Shown: piece after piece, positions 1 to 8,989 of the stretch | How the letters are laid out: every line of letters begins with the position of its first letter | Numbering within the stretch: the first letter of the stretch is position 1 | Assembly (NCBI RefSeq): GCF_003334255.1 | Contig: NZ_QOWU01000058.1 | DNA from: Escherichia coli | GTDB lineage: Bacteria > Pseudomonadota > Gammaproteobacteria > Enterobacterales > Enterobacteriaceae | Length of the DNA: 32,432 bases | Reading direction: 5' to 3' (one strand) | Made by a program: the position numbers and the translations under genes | The notes under the pieces: model-generated | Database searches by the model: none | The model's input: the letters and a program-made list of their open reading frames with translations, nothing else | What the model was told of the DNA's origin: nothing

Positions 1-180
1 TGCAGGGACTGTGGAAACGCGATTACTCATAATACAGTGTGTTGCCCGTATTGTGGTTCTGTCGACCCCTTCGGCTACTACCGGAATACAGACCGTATCG
101 TTACCATACTGCTGGCGCTGATTATTGTGGTCCTGCTGACTACTGTCAGCGTCAGTGTGTGTATACTGTGTAGCTGGTGA
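1..180 (+). CDS. 3' end of a small zinc-ribbon protein with a C-terminal hydrophobic helix (partial; start lies outside the window)
   Basis: Frame 1 reads through from position 1 to a TGA at 178-180: CRDCGNAITHNTVCCPYCGSVDPFGYYRNTDRIVTILLALIIVVLLTTVSVSVCILCSW. Two CxxC pairs followed by a hydrophobic stretch. Family not recognised. Confidence 0.4.
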   Translation, partial: CRDCGNAITHNTVCCPYCGSVDPFGYYRNTDRIVTILLALIIVVLLTTVSVSVCILCSW

Positions 181-1409
181 GATAACGGTTCATGTATCCC
201 CTGAGCTGACAGTGTACCGTGTATATTAAGCGTAACCGACAGGTTCTCCTTCATACCATATTAAATTTTCCAGGTATTGCCGCTGCCTTATTTCGTCCCA
301 TACAGGAAAACTCATCTGGGTTTCTGACAAATACGCGAAACTCACAGCCCCTCAATATCAACCACACGTTGTAAGCCGGTAATACCTGAAAATCAGCCCA
401 TTACTGCCCACGCCTCCGGCACCATTCCCTTTTGATTTCGAATTCTTTGTTGTCGCTATACCGCTTAATGTTCCCGGTCCTCCGGTGCAGATAACACCGG
501 AGTCATCGTAGCGCTGCTTCAATATTCAGGTGACATATTTCCAGACGGAAGCCGGCGCGCGATCGTAAAGTTTGTTAATTGTCAGTTCTGCCAGCCGGTT
601 GTCAACGGCAGAGTTAAAGGCTTCCAGCTCCGCAAGGGTAAGTTTATAACGCGTGTGGGAATTCACTTTTCCCGCGTCTCCTGACGTATTACGGGCTGCC
701 ACTTACCTGGTGTCCCGCAATACAGCCTTAGTGTTCCGTTATCGGGGATCCGGACGCACCGCAACAACCGGGGAAGTATTTCTGGTTTAGAGCAGTGTCA
801 AGAGGGATTTCTCAGCCCCTCACTCACCGGCTCAGTCTCAGGGCAGGAGCATTAATACGCTCAGTTCATGTCTTATACAGGAATGGGCACAGGGGGAGCT
901 GGCGTGTCACTGCTGATTTTACGCATCAGCGTTCATGTATCTGCACTCTGATACATGAACGATTCACAGCGCTCTGTTACCGGAGAGATTTACTCTCTTA
1001 GCTTACTCTGGCAAATCCTTTACGTTACTCTCTGATGACTTCTTATATTTATAATACCAATCAGACAGCCTTATCCCATCGGTGATATCAGTCTCCTCCT
1101 CGCCAGGAACGGGCTGACTCACTGTAACCACCTCCGAAAACAACTCTGCAATTATCAGAACGCCTGCTTCTCTCCCTGTCCTCACGAAAACTACCCCCTC
1201 TTTATCGCGCGTGCGTGCGGAAGCATCTTTTCGCAACAACCACCCGGTATACCGGTACGGCTCAGCCACCGCAACCTCCCCGTTTATCTCCTGGCGGTCA
1301 CATTCCCGATTATTTTTTACGTTTCTCCCCGGTTGTTATGCCGGTGAAGGTGGCGCGCTGTTTTCATGACCACACCGGCTGGTTTAACAACATCCGGAGG
1401 AACATTCTC

Positions 1410-1616
1410 ATGGCTACCCCAGTTTCACTGATGGATGACCAGATGGTCGACATGGCATTTATCACTCAACTGACCGGCCTGACAGATAAGTGGTTTTACA
1501 GGCTCATCAGGGATGGGGCCTTTCCGGCTCCCATCAAGCTGGGCCGCAGCTCCCGCTGGCTGAAAAGTGAAGTGGAAGCCTGGCTACAGGCGCGTATTGC
1601 ACAGCCCCGCCCGTAA
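1410..1616 (+). CDS. alpA: AlpA-family (phage/island) transcriptional regulator
   Basis: 68-aa product MATPVSLMDDQMVDMAFITQLTGLTDKWFYRLIRDGAFPAPIKLGRSSRWLKSEVEAWLQARIAQPRP with typical AlpA size and helix-turn-helix layout. GGAGG Shine-Dalgarno at 1396-1400 precedes the ATG at 1410. The longer 1215 start in the ORF track is probably a spurious upstream extension. Symbol denotes family homolog, not proven ortholog. Confidence 0.8.
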   Translation: MATPVSLMDDQMVDMAFITQLTGLTDKWFYRLIRDGAFPAPIKLGRSSRWLKSEVEAWLQARIAQPRP

Positions 1617-1710
1617 TTTCTGACCGTTATCCGTTCACCCGCAGCAGACGTAATCCCCGGCCTGCCGGCGGCATTCTGCTGCCTGTTATATCCCCGTGAG
1701 GAATATGAAA

Positions 1711-2313
1711 ATGAAACAACAGTATCAGACCCGCTACGAATGGCTCCACGAAAGCTACCAGAAATGGCTGACCGGCTTCACCCGGCACGCCGTATCCTGG
1801 GGCGTGTGTCATCCGAATATCTACTACTTCCATAATCTGACGCCCGGGTGGGTGTCATTCAATGGTGAAAAACCGGAGATTGCCATCGTACCCCAGAGCC
1901 TGCACCGGCTGATTTATGGCCCTGACAAACGGGCCACGCCGCCCCTGGATGATGATCTGATCGTGAATTTATGCACCAGTGAACATCTGCTGGTTCATCA
2001 TCCGATGCTGGAAGGCATTCTCCTGTCTGAATGTGAACGTCTGAGGCAGCGTTCTCTGGCAAATAAACTGATTAGCCTCTTCCGTCAGTTTGGTGGCACG
2101 GAGTTGCGCCTCAAACTGGTCTGGCTTTGCTGGCTTGATTTAATGACCGGAAACAGCCTTGAAGACTGGAAAGAGAACCTGAAACGGAAATCAGAAAAAG
2201 AGCTGGAGGAATGGATCATCAACCGTCAGAGGCAGAGCACAGCACTGACGGATCTGATGGATCAGTACGTGCTCCTGGCATACCGCACAACGGTTGACGA
2301 TAACCGCAACTGA
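1711..2313 (+). CDS. Conserved island protein of unknown function (possibly YfjJ/YagK-like; family assignment unverified)
   Basis: ~200-aa ORF directly downstream of the alpA-like gene, with GTGAGGA Shine-Dalgarno at 1696-1702 and ATG at 1705 or 1711. No diagnostic motif recognised by eye. Confidence 0.55.
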   Translation: MKQQYQTRYEWLHESYQKWLTGFTRHAVSWGVCHPNIYYFHNLTPGWVSFNGEKPEIAIVPQSLHRLIYGPDKRATPPLDDDLIVNLCTSEHLLVHHPMLEGILLSECERLRQRSLANKLISLFRQFGGTELRLKLVWLCWLDLMTGNSLEDWKENLKRKSEKELEEWIINRQRQSTALTDLMDQYVLLAYRTTVDDNRN

Positions 2314-3513
2314 TGCCGGTTGCTTCCGGAAGGTGTGACAAAATACGGAAATGATGATGCTCCCGGCCCCGCATGCTCACCTGCAGAGCGTGTTCGTCGT
2401 CATCATACTGAGCCATGACGGGCGTCTTAAGGGCATCCTGTCATTGCTGAGCAGGCAACACCACCAGAGGAGCCACGGACAGGGATGTTCTTTACAGCCC
2501 GATGCACGCCAGGTTCTCAGCAGACTGAATGTGCAGGTGCGGTTATTCACCAGAAATGGCATGCTGCGGTACATACCCATCCTGGTGACAATATGTACGT
2601 GGCGACAGCGATCCCGGCACTGTGGAAGAGACTCACTCAGCCTGCAGGATATTCTTTCCGGCATCCGGGAATGTCCGCCTGAATGCAAACAGGATGATAT
2701 TTGAATCCGTAATACTGTTCTTTCATCATAAATAATTTATGCAGATACAGTTAACCGTAACAGTAGCAGGTTTGTTTTCCCGGGAAATAATATCCGTCAG
2801 ACTGATGCCGGAACATATCTGAAACACGTTATGATGTTTTGTTATCAGAAATGTTGTATATTCTTATCCGTGGCGACAGTTTAATGCCCTCTGGTATCAC
2901 CTGATAATGCATATCCTGCGATGATTCGTTATATTTACGGGACACGCCTCTTTTCATTGTGCTCCTTTTCAGACTTCATTTTCCGTAAGTGTTCCCCGGC
3001 ATAAAGGAGGTACCTTTCTGGCGTTTATAACTCTCTTTATCGGTGACGCCGGTAATACAGGGAATACCACACCGACAAACGAGGTATTAACAGACGATAT
3101 TTCAGTGTCCATAATTTTTCTGTCCGGTTAAATAACGTCAGTCTGCTGCCCTCTGACTGTAATCATCAAAGCCGGAATGCATACCGGGTTACAACGTAAA
3201 AAAAGTGATGCTGGCCCCCGGTGCAGCTGGCGGGCGAAACATGTTTACCTTTCAATACCCCCTGTCTGCAGTCTCCACTCTTCCATCCTCTTAAGCTACG
3301 TCGGCCACATGAGTGCACTTCCATGATAACAGGTATTCCTGTCAGCATAACGAAGCCGGTTACCTTCCCTTCCTCCTGCATTTCCTGTCAGAATGACTGT
3401 ACAGCGCGCAGATTGCCTTTTTATTGACCACCTTAATATACCATTATAAACTTCTTTTTATCATGTTATTATCACCTTATTATGTTTAATTTTTAAGCAA
3501 CCGGAGAAAGAGG

Positions 3514-4431
3514 ATGGTTCAGAAAATTTTGTCGGATAAGGTTATGAATGAAAGAACAAATGCGTATTACTCTTATTATCTTGGAGAGCGTAATATCTCC
3601 GTACTACCCCTTAATGTTTATGATCCCCCGGAACGTTTTATCGCTTACATAAAAAAAAACAGAGAAAATCTGAACATCACACTTTCAGATTTTGAACTTG
3701 AACAAATAATTTCTGGTATGCGTCTGAAGGCCCTGGCCTTCCTGGTCCCCCTGGAAAAAATATCCTGGATCGCGGGCAGTGAACGCGCATGCTTATTTTC
3801 CTGGTATCTGTTGATGCAGTTTATCCAGAATAACAGGGCAAAAATAAGCGCAGACTTGCTTCAAAAGAATAAACTGTATCTTAAAGAAGAGTATCTGGAA
3901 GGGAATGCCTTCCCGTCGGACTCATCGACACAGTTCAGACAAATACTCAGAGTTCTCGATATTCTTTCTGATAAGAATTTGCGGGATGAGTGGATAATCC
4001 AGACCAAAGACAGATGGATGCGGGCATTTAAATCAAAGAGTCCTTTCAGTTACCTCCTCCCGGAGAACGAACATGAATGCATATGGACATGGAATTATTT
4101 GAAGGGAAAAAATATTGCACTGGAAAAACTGGCCAGTTTTCCTGGTTCTGCTGATATTTACCACGCAATTCACCTTTCATTTGACATATGGGTTACCTGT
4201 CCACTCACCTCACCTGACGATATAAAAAATTTCAGAAACAGTTTCAATAAGGCCAAGGCGCAGCGCAAGTACAAAAAAATGCAGGAAGATAAAGTCAATG
4301 TACAGTTTTTTCTTGACGCAGAAACCAGGGCGCAGCTCAAAGAATTATCGAGGGTCAGAAGACTCAGTACCGGCGAAATGCTGCATGACCTGATTGTTGA
4401 AGAGTATAAAAGGTACCGACATTCCAGATAA
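3514..4431 (+). CDS. Orphan hypothetical protein (305 aa) with a C-terminal ribbon-helix-helix-like segment
   Basis: Clean 918-nt ORF in a visibly AT-rich segment, with AGAGG Shine-Dalgarno just upstream of the ATG at 3514. The C-terminus VQFFLDAETRAQLKELSRVRRLSTGEMLHDLIVEEYKRY has the strand/helix/turn/helix pattern of RHH (CopG/Arc-like) DNA-binding domains. The N-terminal ~260 aa are unrecognised and contain no P-loop. Confidence 0.65.
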   Translation: MVQKILSDKVMNERTNAYYSYYLGERNISVLPLNVYDPPERFIAYIKKNRENLNITLSDFELEQIISGMRLKALAFLVPLEKISWIAGSERACLFSWYLLMQFIQNNRAKISADLLQKNKLYLKEEYLEGNAFPSDSSTQFRQILRVLDILSDKNLRDEWIIQTKDRWMRAFKSKSPFSYLLPENEHECIWTWNYLKGKNIALEKLASFPGSADIYHAIHLSFDIWVTCPLTSPDDIKNFRNSFNKAKAQRKYKKMQEDKVNVQFFLDAETRAQLKELSRVRRLSTGEMLHDLIVEEYKRYRHSR

Positions 4432-4457
4432 TTTCAGACATATATTATCTCCGTGAG

Positions 4458-4499
4458 TCCCCCACCACCTTTCCGGTGTGCGGGGGTTTTGTCTTTTTT
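4458..4499 (+). terminator. Candidate rho-independent terminator (GC-rich dyad followed by a T-tract)
   Basis: gtcccccaccacctttccggtgtgcggggg followed by ttttgtctttttt, immediately downstream of the 3514-4431 ORF. The stem is imperfect. Confidence 0.4.
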
Positions 4500-4515
4500 C
4501 ACCGGGAATACATGT

Positions 4516-5388
4516 ATGAATCCGTCTGATGCCATTGAGGCAATTGAAAAACCGCTCTCCTCCCTGCCTTACTCACTTTCCCGTCACATCCTGGAACATC
4601 TGCGCAAACTCACCAGTCACGAACCCGTGATTGGCATTATGGGTAAAAGCGGGGCCGGTAAATCCTCACTCTGTAATGCACTGTTTCAGGGGGAGGTCAC
4701 CCCGGTCAGTGATGTTCACGCCGGCACCCGGGAAGTGCGGCGCTTCCGTCTGAGTGGCCACGGTCACAGCATGATTATCACTGACCTGCCCGGGGTGGGC
4801 GAGAGCCGGGACAGGGATGCAGAGTATGAAGCCCTGTACCGTGACATTCTGCCTGAACTTGACCTGGTACTGTGGCTGATTAAAGCCGATGACCGTGCCC
4901 TGTCTGTGGATGAGTATTTCTGGCGACACATCCTGCACCGGGGACATCAGCAGGTGCTGTTTGTGGTGACGCAGGCCGACAAAACGGAGCCCTGCCATGA
5001 ATGGGATATGGCCGGCATTCAGCCTTCTCCCGCACAGGCACAGAACATTCGTGAGAAAACAGATGCGGTATTCCGGCTGTTCCGGCCCGTACATCCGGTT
5101 GTGGCCGTATCGGCCCGCACCGGCTGGGAACTGGATACGCTGGTCAGTGCGCTCATGACAGCGCTTCCCGACCATGCCGCCAGTCCCCTGATGACCCGCC
5201 TGCAGGACGAGCTGCGCACGGAATCTGTCCGCGCTCAGGCCCGTGAACAGTTTACCGGTGCGGTGGACCGGATATTTGACACGGCGGAGAGCGTCTGTGT
5301 TGCCTCTGTTGCCCGTACGGTTCTGCGTGCCGTCCGTGACACGGTGGTCTCTGTTGCCCGCGCTGTATGGAACTGGATTTTCTTCTGA
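4516..5388 (+). CDS. yeeP: YeeP/YfjP/YkfA-family putative GTP-binding protein (50S ribosome-binding GTPase-like)
   Basis: Walker A GKSGAGKSS, DLPGVG (G3) and TQADK (G4-like) motifs. Sits immediately upstream of the Ag43 gene as in CP4-44. Start chosen at the internal ATG 4516; the GTG at 4453 is an alternative. Symbol is by synteny and family; yfjP and ykfA are paralogs. Confidence 0.8.
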   Translation: MNPSDAIEAIEKPLSSLPYSLSRHILEHLRKLTSHEPVIGIMGKSGAGKSSLCNALFQGEVTPVSDVHAGTREVRRFRLSGHGHSMIITDLPGVGESRDRDAEYEALYRDILPELDLVLWLIKADDRALSVDEYFWRHILHRGHQQVLFVVTQADKTEPCHEWDMAGIQPSPAQAQNIREKTDAVFRLFRPVHPVVAVSARTGWELDTLVSALMTALPDHAASPLMTRLQDELRTESVRAQAREQFTGAVDRIFDTAESVCVASVARTVLRAVRDTVVSVARAVWNWIFF

Positions 5389-5499
5389 ACAGTCTGCCAG
5401 GGAAATGCCTGATAACATTACGTTAATCAACTGAAAACATGACACAAACCCCTCATACTCCTCCTGTTTCTCTTGCGTGACCGCCTTGTCATTAATAGA

Positions 5500-5545
5500 A
5501 TAAAACGATCGATAAAACAGGTATCAATCGTTGCTATCGATCGTT
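5500..5545. promoter_or_regulatory. Ag43 upstream regulatory segment with Dam GATC sites (candidate OxyR/Dam phase-variation switch)
   Basis: GATC at 5507-5510 and 5539-5542 within aacGATCgataaaacaggtatcaatcgttgctatcGATCgtttat, ~220-250 bp upstream of the Ag43 start. The OxyR/Dam switch of agn43 is established knowledge; that this exact segment is the operator is inference. Confidence 0.45.
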
Positions 5546-5759
5546 TATAGTGGTTAATGGTCTGCGAAAAGGCAGCTGAATCTCTTCATCATGCAGAACG
5601 GAATTGCACACAACGGACTGATACTTCTCTGGCGGATGAGAGAGGGGAAGCATTTATGTCCGGGAAAAACCACTTTATCTGACCATGCTGTTTTGTACCT
5701 GCCGGTATCCACTTTTGTGGGTACCGGCTTTTTTATTCACCCTCTGTAAGGAAAAGCTG

Positions 5760-8606
5760 ATGAAACGACATCTGAACACCAGCTACAGGCTGGTATGGAA
5801 TCACATTACGGGCACCCTGGTGGTGGCTTCCGAACTGGCCCGCTCACGGGGAAAACGCGCCGGTGTGGCGGTTGTGCTGTCTCTTGCTGCTGTCACATCA
5901 GTCCCGGCACTGGCTGCTGACACGGTTGTACAGGCGGGAGAAACCGTGAACGGCGGAACACTGACAAATCATGACAACCAGATTGTTCTCGGTACGGCCA
6001 ACGGAATGACCATCAGTAGCGGTCTGGAGTATGGGCCGGATAACGAGGCCAATACCGGCGGGCAATGGATACAAAATGGCGGTATCGCCAACAACACTAC
6101 TGTCACCGGTGGTGGTCTTCAGAGAGTGAATGCCGGAGGAAGCGTTTCAGACACGGTTATCAGTGCCGGAGGCGGACAGAGCCTTCAGGGGCAGGCAGTG
6201 AATACCACTCTGAACGGCGGTGAGCAGTGGGTACATGAAGGCGGGATTGCAACAGGTACCGTCATTAATGAGAAGGGCTGGCAGGCCGTCAAATCCGGCG
6301 CAATGGCAACCGACACGGTTGTGAATACCGGCGCGGAAGGGGGACCGGATGCAGAAAATGGTGATACCGGGCAGTTTGTTCGCGGAAATGCCGTACGTAC
6401 CACCATCAATAAAAATGGTCGTCAGATTGTGGCTGTTGAAGGAACAGCAAATACCACTGTGGTTTATGCCGGCGGCGACCAGACGGTACACGGGCATGCG
6501 CTGGATACCACGTTGAATGGGGGGTACCAGTATGTGCACAACGGAGGCACAGCCTCTGACACGGTTGTAAACAGTGACGGCTGGCAGATTGTCAAGGAAG
6601 GTGGTCTGGCGGATTTCACCACCGTTAACCAGAAAGGCAAACTGCAGGTGAACGCCGGTGGTACAGCCACGAATGTCACCCTGAAGCAGGGCGGCGCACT
6701 GGTCACCAGTACGGCGGCAACCGTCACCGGCAGCAACCGTCTGGGCAATTTCACGGTGGAAAACGGTAATGCTGACGGTGTTGTTCTGGAGTCCGGCGGT
6801 CGCCTGGATGTACTGGAAGGCCATTCAGCGCAGAAAACACGGGTGGATGACGGCGGAACCCTGGCAGTGTCTGCCGGTGGTAAGGCAACAGATGTCACCA
6901 TGACATCCGGTAGTGCCCTGATTGCAGACAGTGGTGCCACTGTTGAGGGGACCAATGCCAGCGGTAAGTTCAGTATTGATGGCATATCCGGTCAGGCCAG
7001 CGGCCTGCTGCTGGAAAATGGCGGCAGCTTTACGGTTAATGCCGGGGGACAGGCCAGCAACACCACTGTCGGACATCGTGGAACACTGATGCTGGCTGCC
7101 GGGGGAAGTCTGAGTGGCAGAACACAGCTCAGTAAAGGCGCCAGCATGGTACTGAATGGTGATGTGGTCAGTACCGGCGATATTGTTAACGCAGGGGAGA
7201 TTTACTTTGACAATCAGACAACACCGGATGCCGTACTGAGCCGTGCTGTTGCAAAAGGCAACGCCCCGGTAACGTTCCATAAACTGACAACCAGTAACCT
7301 CACCGGTCAGGGTGGCACCATCAATATGCGTGTTCGCCTTGATGGCAGCAATGCCTCTGACCAGCTGGTGATTAATGGTGGTCAGGCAACCGGCAAAACC
7401 TGGCTTGCGTTTACAAATGTCGGAAACAGCAACCTCGGGGTGGCAACCACCGGACAGGGTATCCGGGTTGTGGATGCACAGAATGGCGCCACCACAGAAG
7501 AAGGTGCGTTTGCCCTGAGTCGCCCGCTTCAGGCCGGCGCCTTTAACTACACCCTGAACCGTGACAGCGATGAAGACTGGTACCTGCGCAGTGAAAATGC
7601 TTATCGTGCTGAAGTCCCCCTGTATGCCTCCATGCTGACACAGGCAATGGACTATGACCGGATTCTGGCAGGCTCCCGCAGCCATCAGACCGGTGTAAAC
7701 GGTGAAAATAACAGCGTCCGTCTCAGCATTCAGGGCGGTCATCTCGGTCACGATAACAACGGCGGTATTGCCCGTGGAGCCACGCCGGAAAGCAGCGGCA
7801 GCTATGGCTTCGTCCGTCTGGAGGGTGACCTGCTCAGAACAGAGGTTGCCGGTATGTCTGTGACCGCGGGGGTATATGGTGCTGCTGGCCATTCTTCCGT
7901 TGATGTTAAGGATGATGACGGTTCCCGCGCCGGCACGGTCCGGGATGATGCCGGCAGCCTGGGCGGATACCTGAATCTGACACACACGTCCTCCGGCCTG
8001 TGGGCTGACATTGTGGCCCAGGGAACCCGCCACAGCATGAAAGCGTCATCGGACAATAACGACTTCCGCGCCCGGGGCTGGGGCTGGCTGGGCTCACTGG
8101 AAACCGGTCTGCCCTTCAGTATCACTGACAACCTGATGCTGGAGCCACAACTGCAGTATACCTGGCAGGGACTTTCCCTGGATGACGGCCAGGATAACGC
8201 CGGTTATGTGAAGTTCGGGCATGGCAGTGCACAACATGTGCGTGCCGGTTTCCGTCTGGGCAGCCACAACGATATGACCTTTGGCGAAGGCACCTCATCC
8301 CGTGACACTCTGCGCGACAGTACAAAACACCGTGTGAGTGAACTGCCGGTGAACTGGTGGGTACAGCCTTCTGTTATCCGCACTTTCAGCTCCCGGGGTG
8401 ACATGAGCATGGGTACAGCCGCCGCCGGCAGTAACATGACGTTCTCACCGTCCCGGAATGGCACGTCACTGGACCTGCAGGCCGGACTGGAAGCCCGTGT
8501 CCGGGAAAATATCACCCTGGGCGTTCAGGCCGGTTATGCCCACAGCGTCAGCGGCAGCAGCGCTGAAGGTTATAACGGTCAGGCCACGCTGAATGTGACT
8601 TTTTGA
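5760..8606 (+). CDS. flu: Antigen 43 (Ag43) self-associating autotransporter adhesin
   Basis: 948-aa product. Extended signal peptide [52 protein letters not shown], repetitive beta-helical passenger (GG/NGG/TxVxxGG repeats) and a C-terminal beta-barrel ending in TLNVTF. AAGGAAAAG Shine-Dalgarno precedes the ATG at 5760. The antisense ORFs in the track across this gene are artifacts. Confidence 0.9.
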   Translation: MKRHLNTSYRLVWNHITGTLVVASELARSRGKRAGVAVVLSLAAVTSVPALAADTVVQAGETVNGGTLTNHDNQIVLGTANGMTISSGLEYGPDNEANTGGQWIQNGGIANNTTVTGGGLQRVNAGGSVSDTVISAGGGQSLQGQAVNTTLNGGEQWVHEGGIATGTVINEKGWQAVKSGAMATDTVVNTGAEGGPDAENGDTGQFVRGNAVRTTINKNGRQIVAVEGTANTTVVYAGGDQTVHGHALDTTLNGGYQYVHNGGTASDTVVNSDGWQIVKEGGLADFTTVNQKGKLQVNAGGTATNVTLKQGGALVTSTAATVTGSNRLGNFTVENGNADGVVLESGGRLDVLEGHSAQKTRVDDGGTLAVSAGGKATDVTMTSGSALIADSGATVEGTNASGKFSIDGISGQASGLLLENGGSFTVNAGGQASNTTVGHRGTLMLAAGGSLSGRTQLSKGASMVLNGDVVSTGDIVNAGEIYFDNQTTPDAVLSRAVAKGNAPVTFHKLTTSNLTGQGGTINMRVRLDGSNASDQLVINGGQATGKTWLAFTNVGNSNLGVATTGQGIRVVDAQNGATTEEGAFALSRPLQAGAFNYTLNRDSDEDWYLRSENAYRAEVPLYASMLTQAMDYDRILAGSRSHQTGVNGENNSVRLSIQGGHLGHDNNGGIARGATPESSGSYGFVRLEGDLLRTEVAGMSVTAGVYGAAGHSSVDVKDDDGSRAGTVRDDAGSLGGYLNLTHTSSGLWADIVAQGTRHSMKASSDNNDFRARGWGWLGSLETGLPFSITDNLMLEPQLQYTWQGLSLDDGQDNAGYVKFGHGSAQHVRAGFRLGSHNDMTFGEGTSSRDTLRDSTKHRVSELPVNWWVQPSVIRTFSSRGDMSMGTAAAGSNMTFSPSRNGTSLDLQAGLEARVRENITLGVQAGYAHSVSGSSAEGYNGQATLNVTF

Positions 8607-8628
8607 TAATCAGGTCACTCTCCTTCAG

Positions 8629-8657
8629 GCCCCGGTCATCATGACCGGGGCTTTTTA
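8629..8657 (+). terminator. Rho-independent terminator downstream of the Ag43 gene
   Basis: Perfect 9-bp dyad ccccggtca / tgaccgggg (8630-8638 and 8642-8650) followed by cttttt. Confidence 0.6.
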
Positions 8658-8676
8658 CTTTCAGGGAGCAACAGAT

Positions 8677-8835
8677 ATGCCGGGTTGTACATCACGTTTA
8701 TTGCCCGAAGGCCCTTTCTCACGCGAACAGGCTGTTGCCGTCAAAACAGCTTACCGCAATGTGTTTACTGAAGATGACCAGGGAACATATTCCCGGCTGG
8801 TTATCCGTAATGCTGAAGGTCAGTTGCGCTGGTGA
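8677..8835 (+). CDS. Small hypothetical protein (52 aa) conserved in CP4-type islands; family uncertain
   Basis: AGGGAG Shine-Dalgarno at 8663-8668 precedes the ATG at 8677. Product [52 protein letters not shown]. The 8641 start in the ORF track overlaps the terminator hairpin. Confidence 0.4.
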   Translation: MPGCTSRLLPEGPFSREQAVAVKTAYRNVFTEDDQGTYSRLVIRNAEGQLRW

Positions 8836-8989
8836 TGCCGGAACACAGCTTAATACTCAGCTCGCCAGTTAAGGGCTTCTCAGACAATAAACGTCATTCA
8901 TTTCATCTGTCAGGCCGCGTCTTCTCCGGGAGACGTGGCTTTTTCATTTATTACACCAGTAAATCGTAACCACCGATAAGGAGCAAATT

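Noticed and set aside
795-1269. ORFs 795-1001 (+) and 1003-1269 (-) upstream of alpA
   Set aside because: No ribosome-binding sites or recognisable domains. The region is more likely alpA regulatory DNA or decayed remnants. I looked for an integrase signature here and found none.
2351-2704. Overlapping ORFs 2351-2704 (+), 2377-2688 (-) and 2485-2682 (+)
   Set aside because: Mutually overlapping on both strands, with no ribosome-binding site and no recognisable domain. The translations are Arg/Cys/His-rich in the way typical of out-of-frame GC-rich DNA. Possibly a decayed gene remnant, but no frame can be supported.
6147-8515. Multiple long antisense and overlapping ORFs inside the Ag43 gene (for example 6147-6824, 6464-6985, 6825-8033, 7802-8131, 8204-8515 on the minus strand)
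   Set aside because: They lie entirely within the strongly supported Ag43 coding sequence. GC-rich repetitive passenger-domain DNA generates long stop-free antisense frames, and their translations are low-complexity and cysteine/proline-rich.
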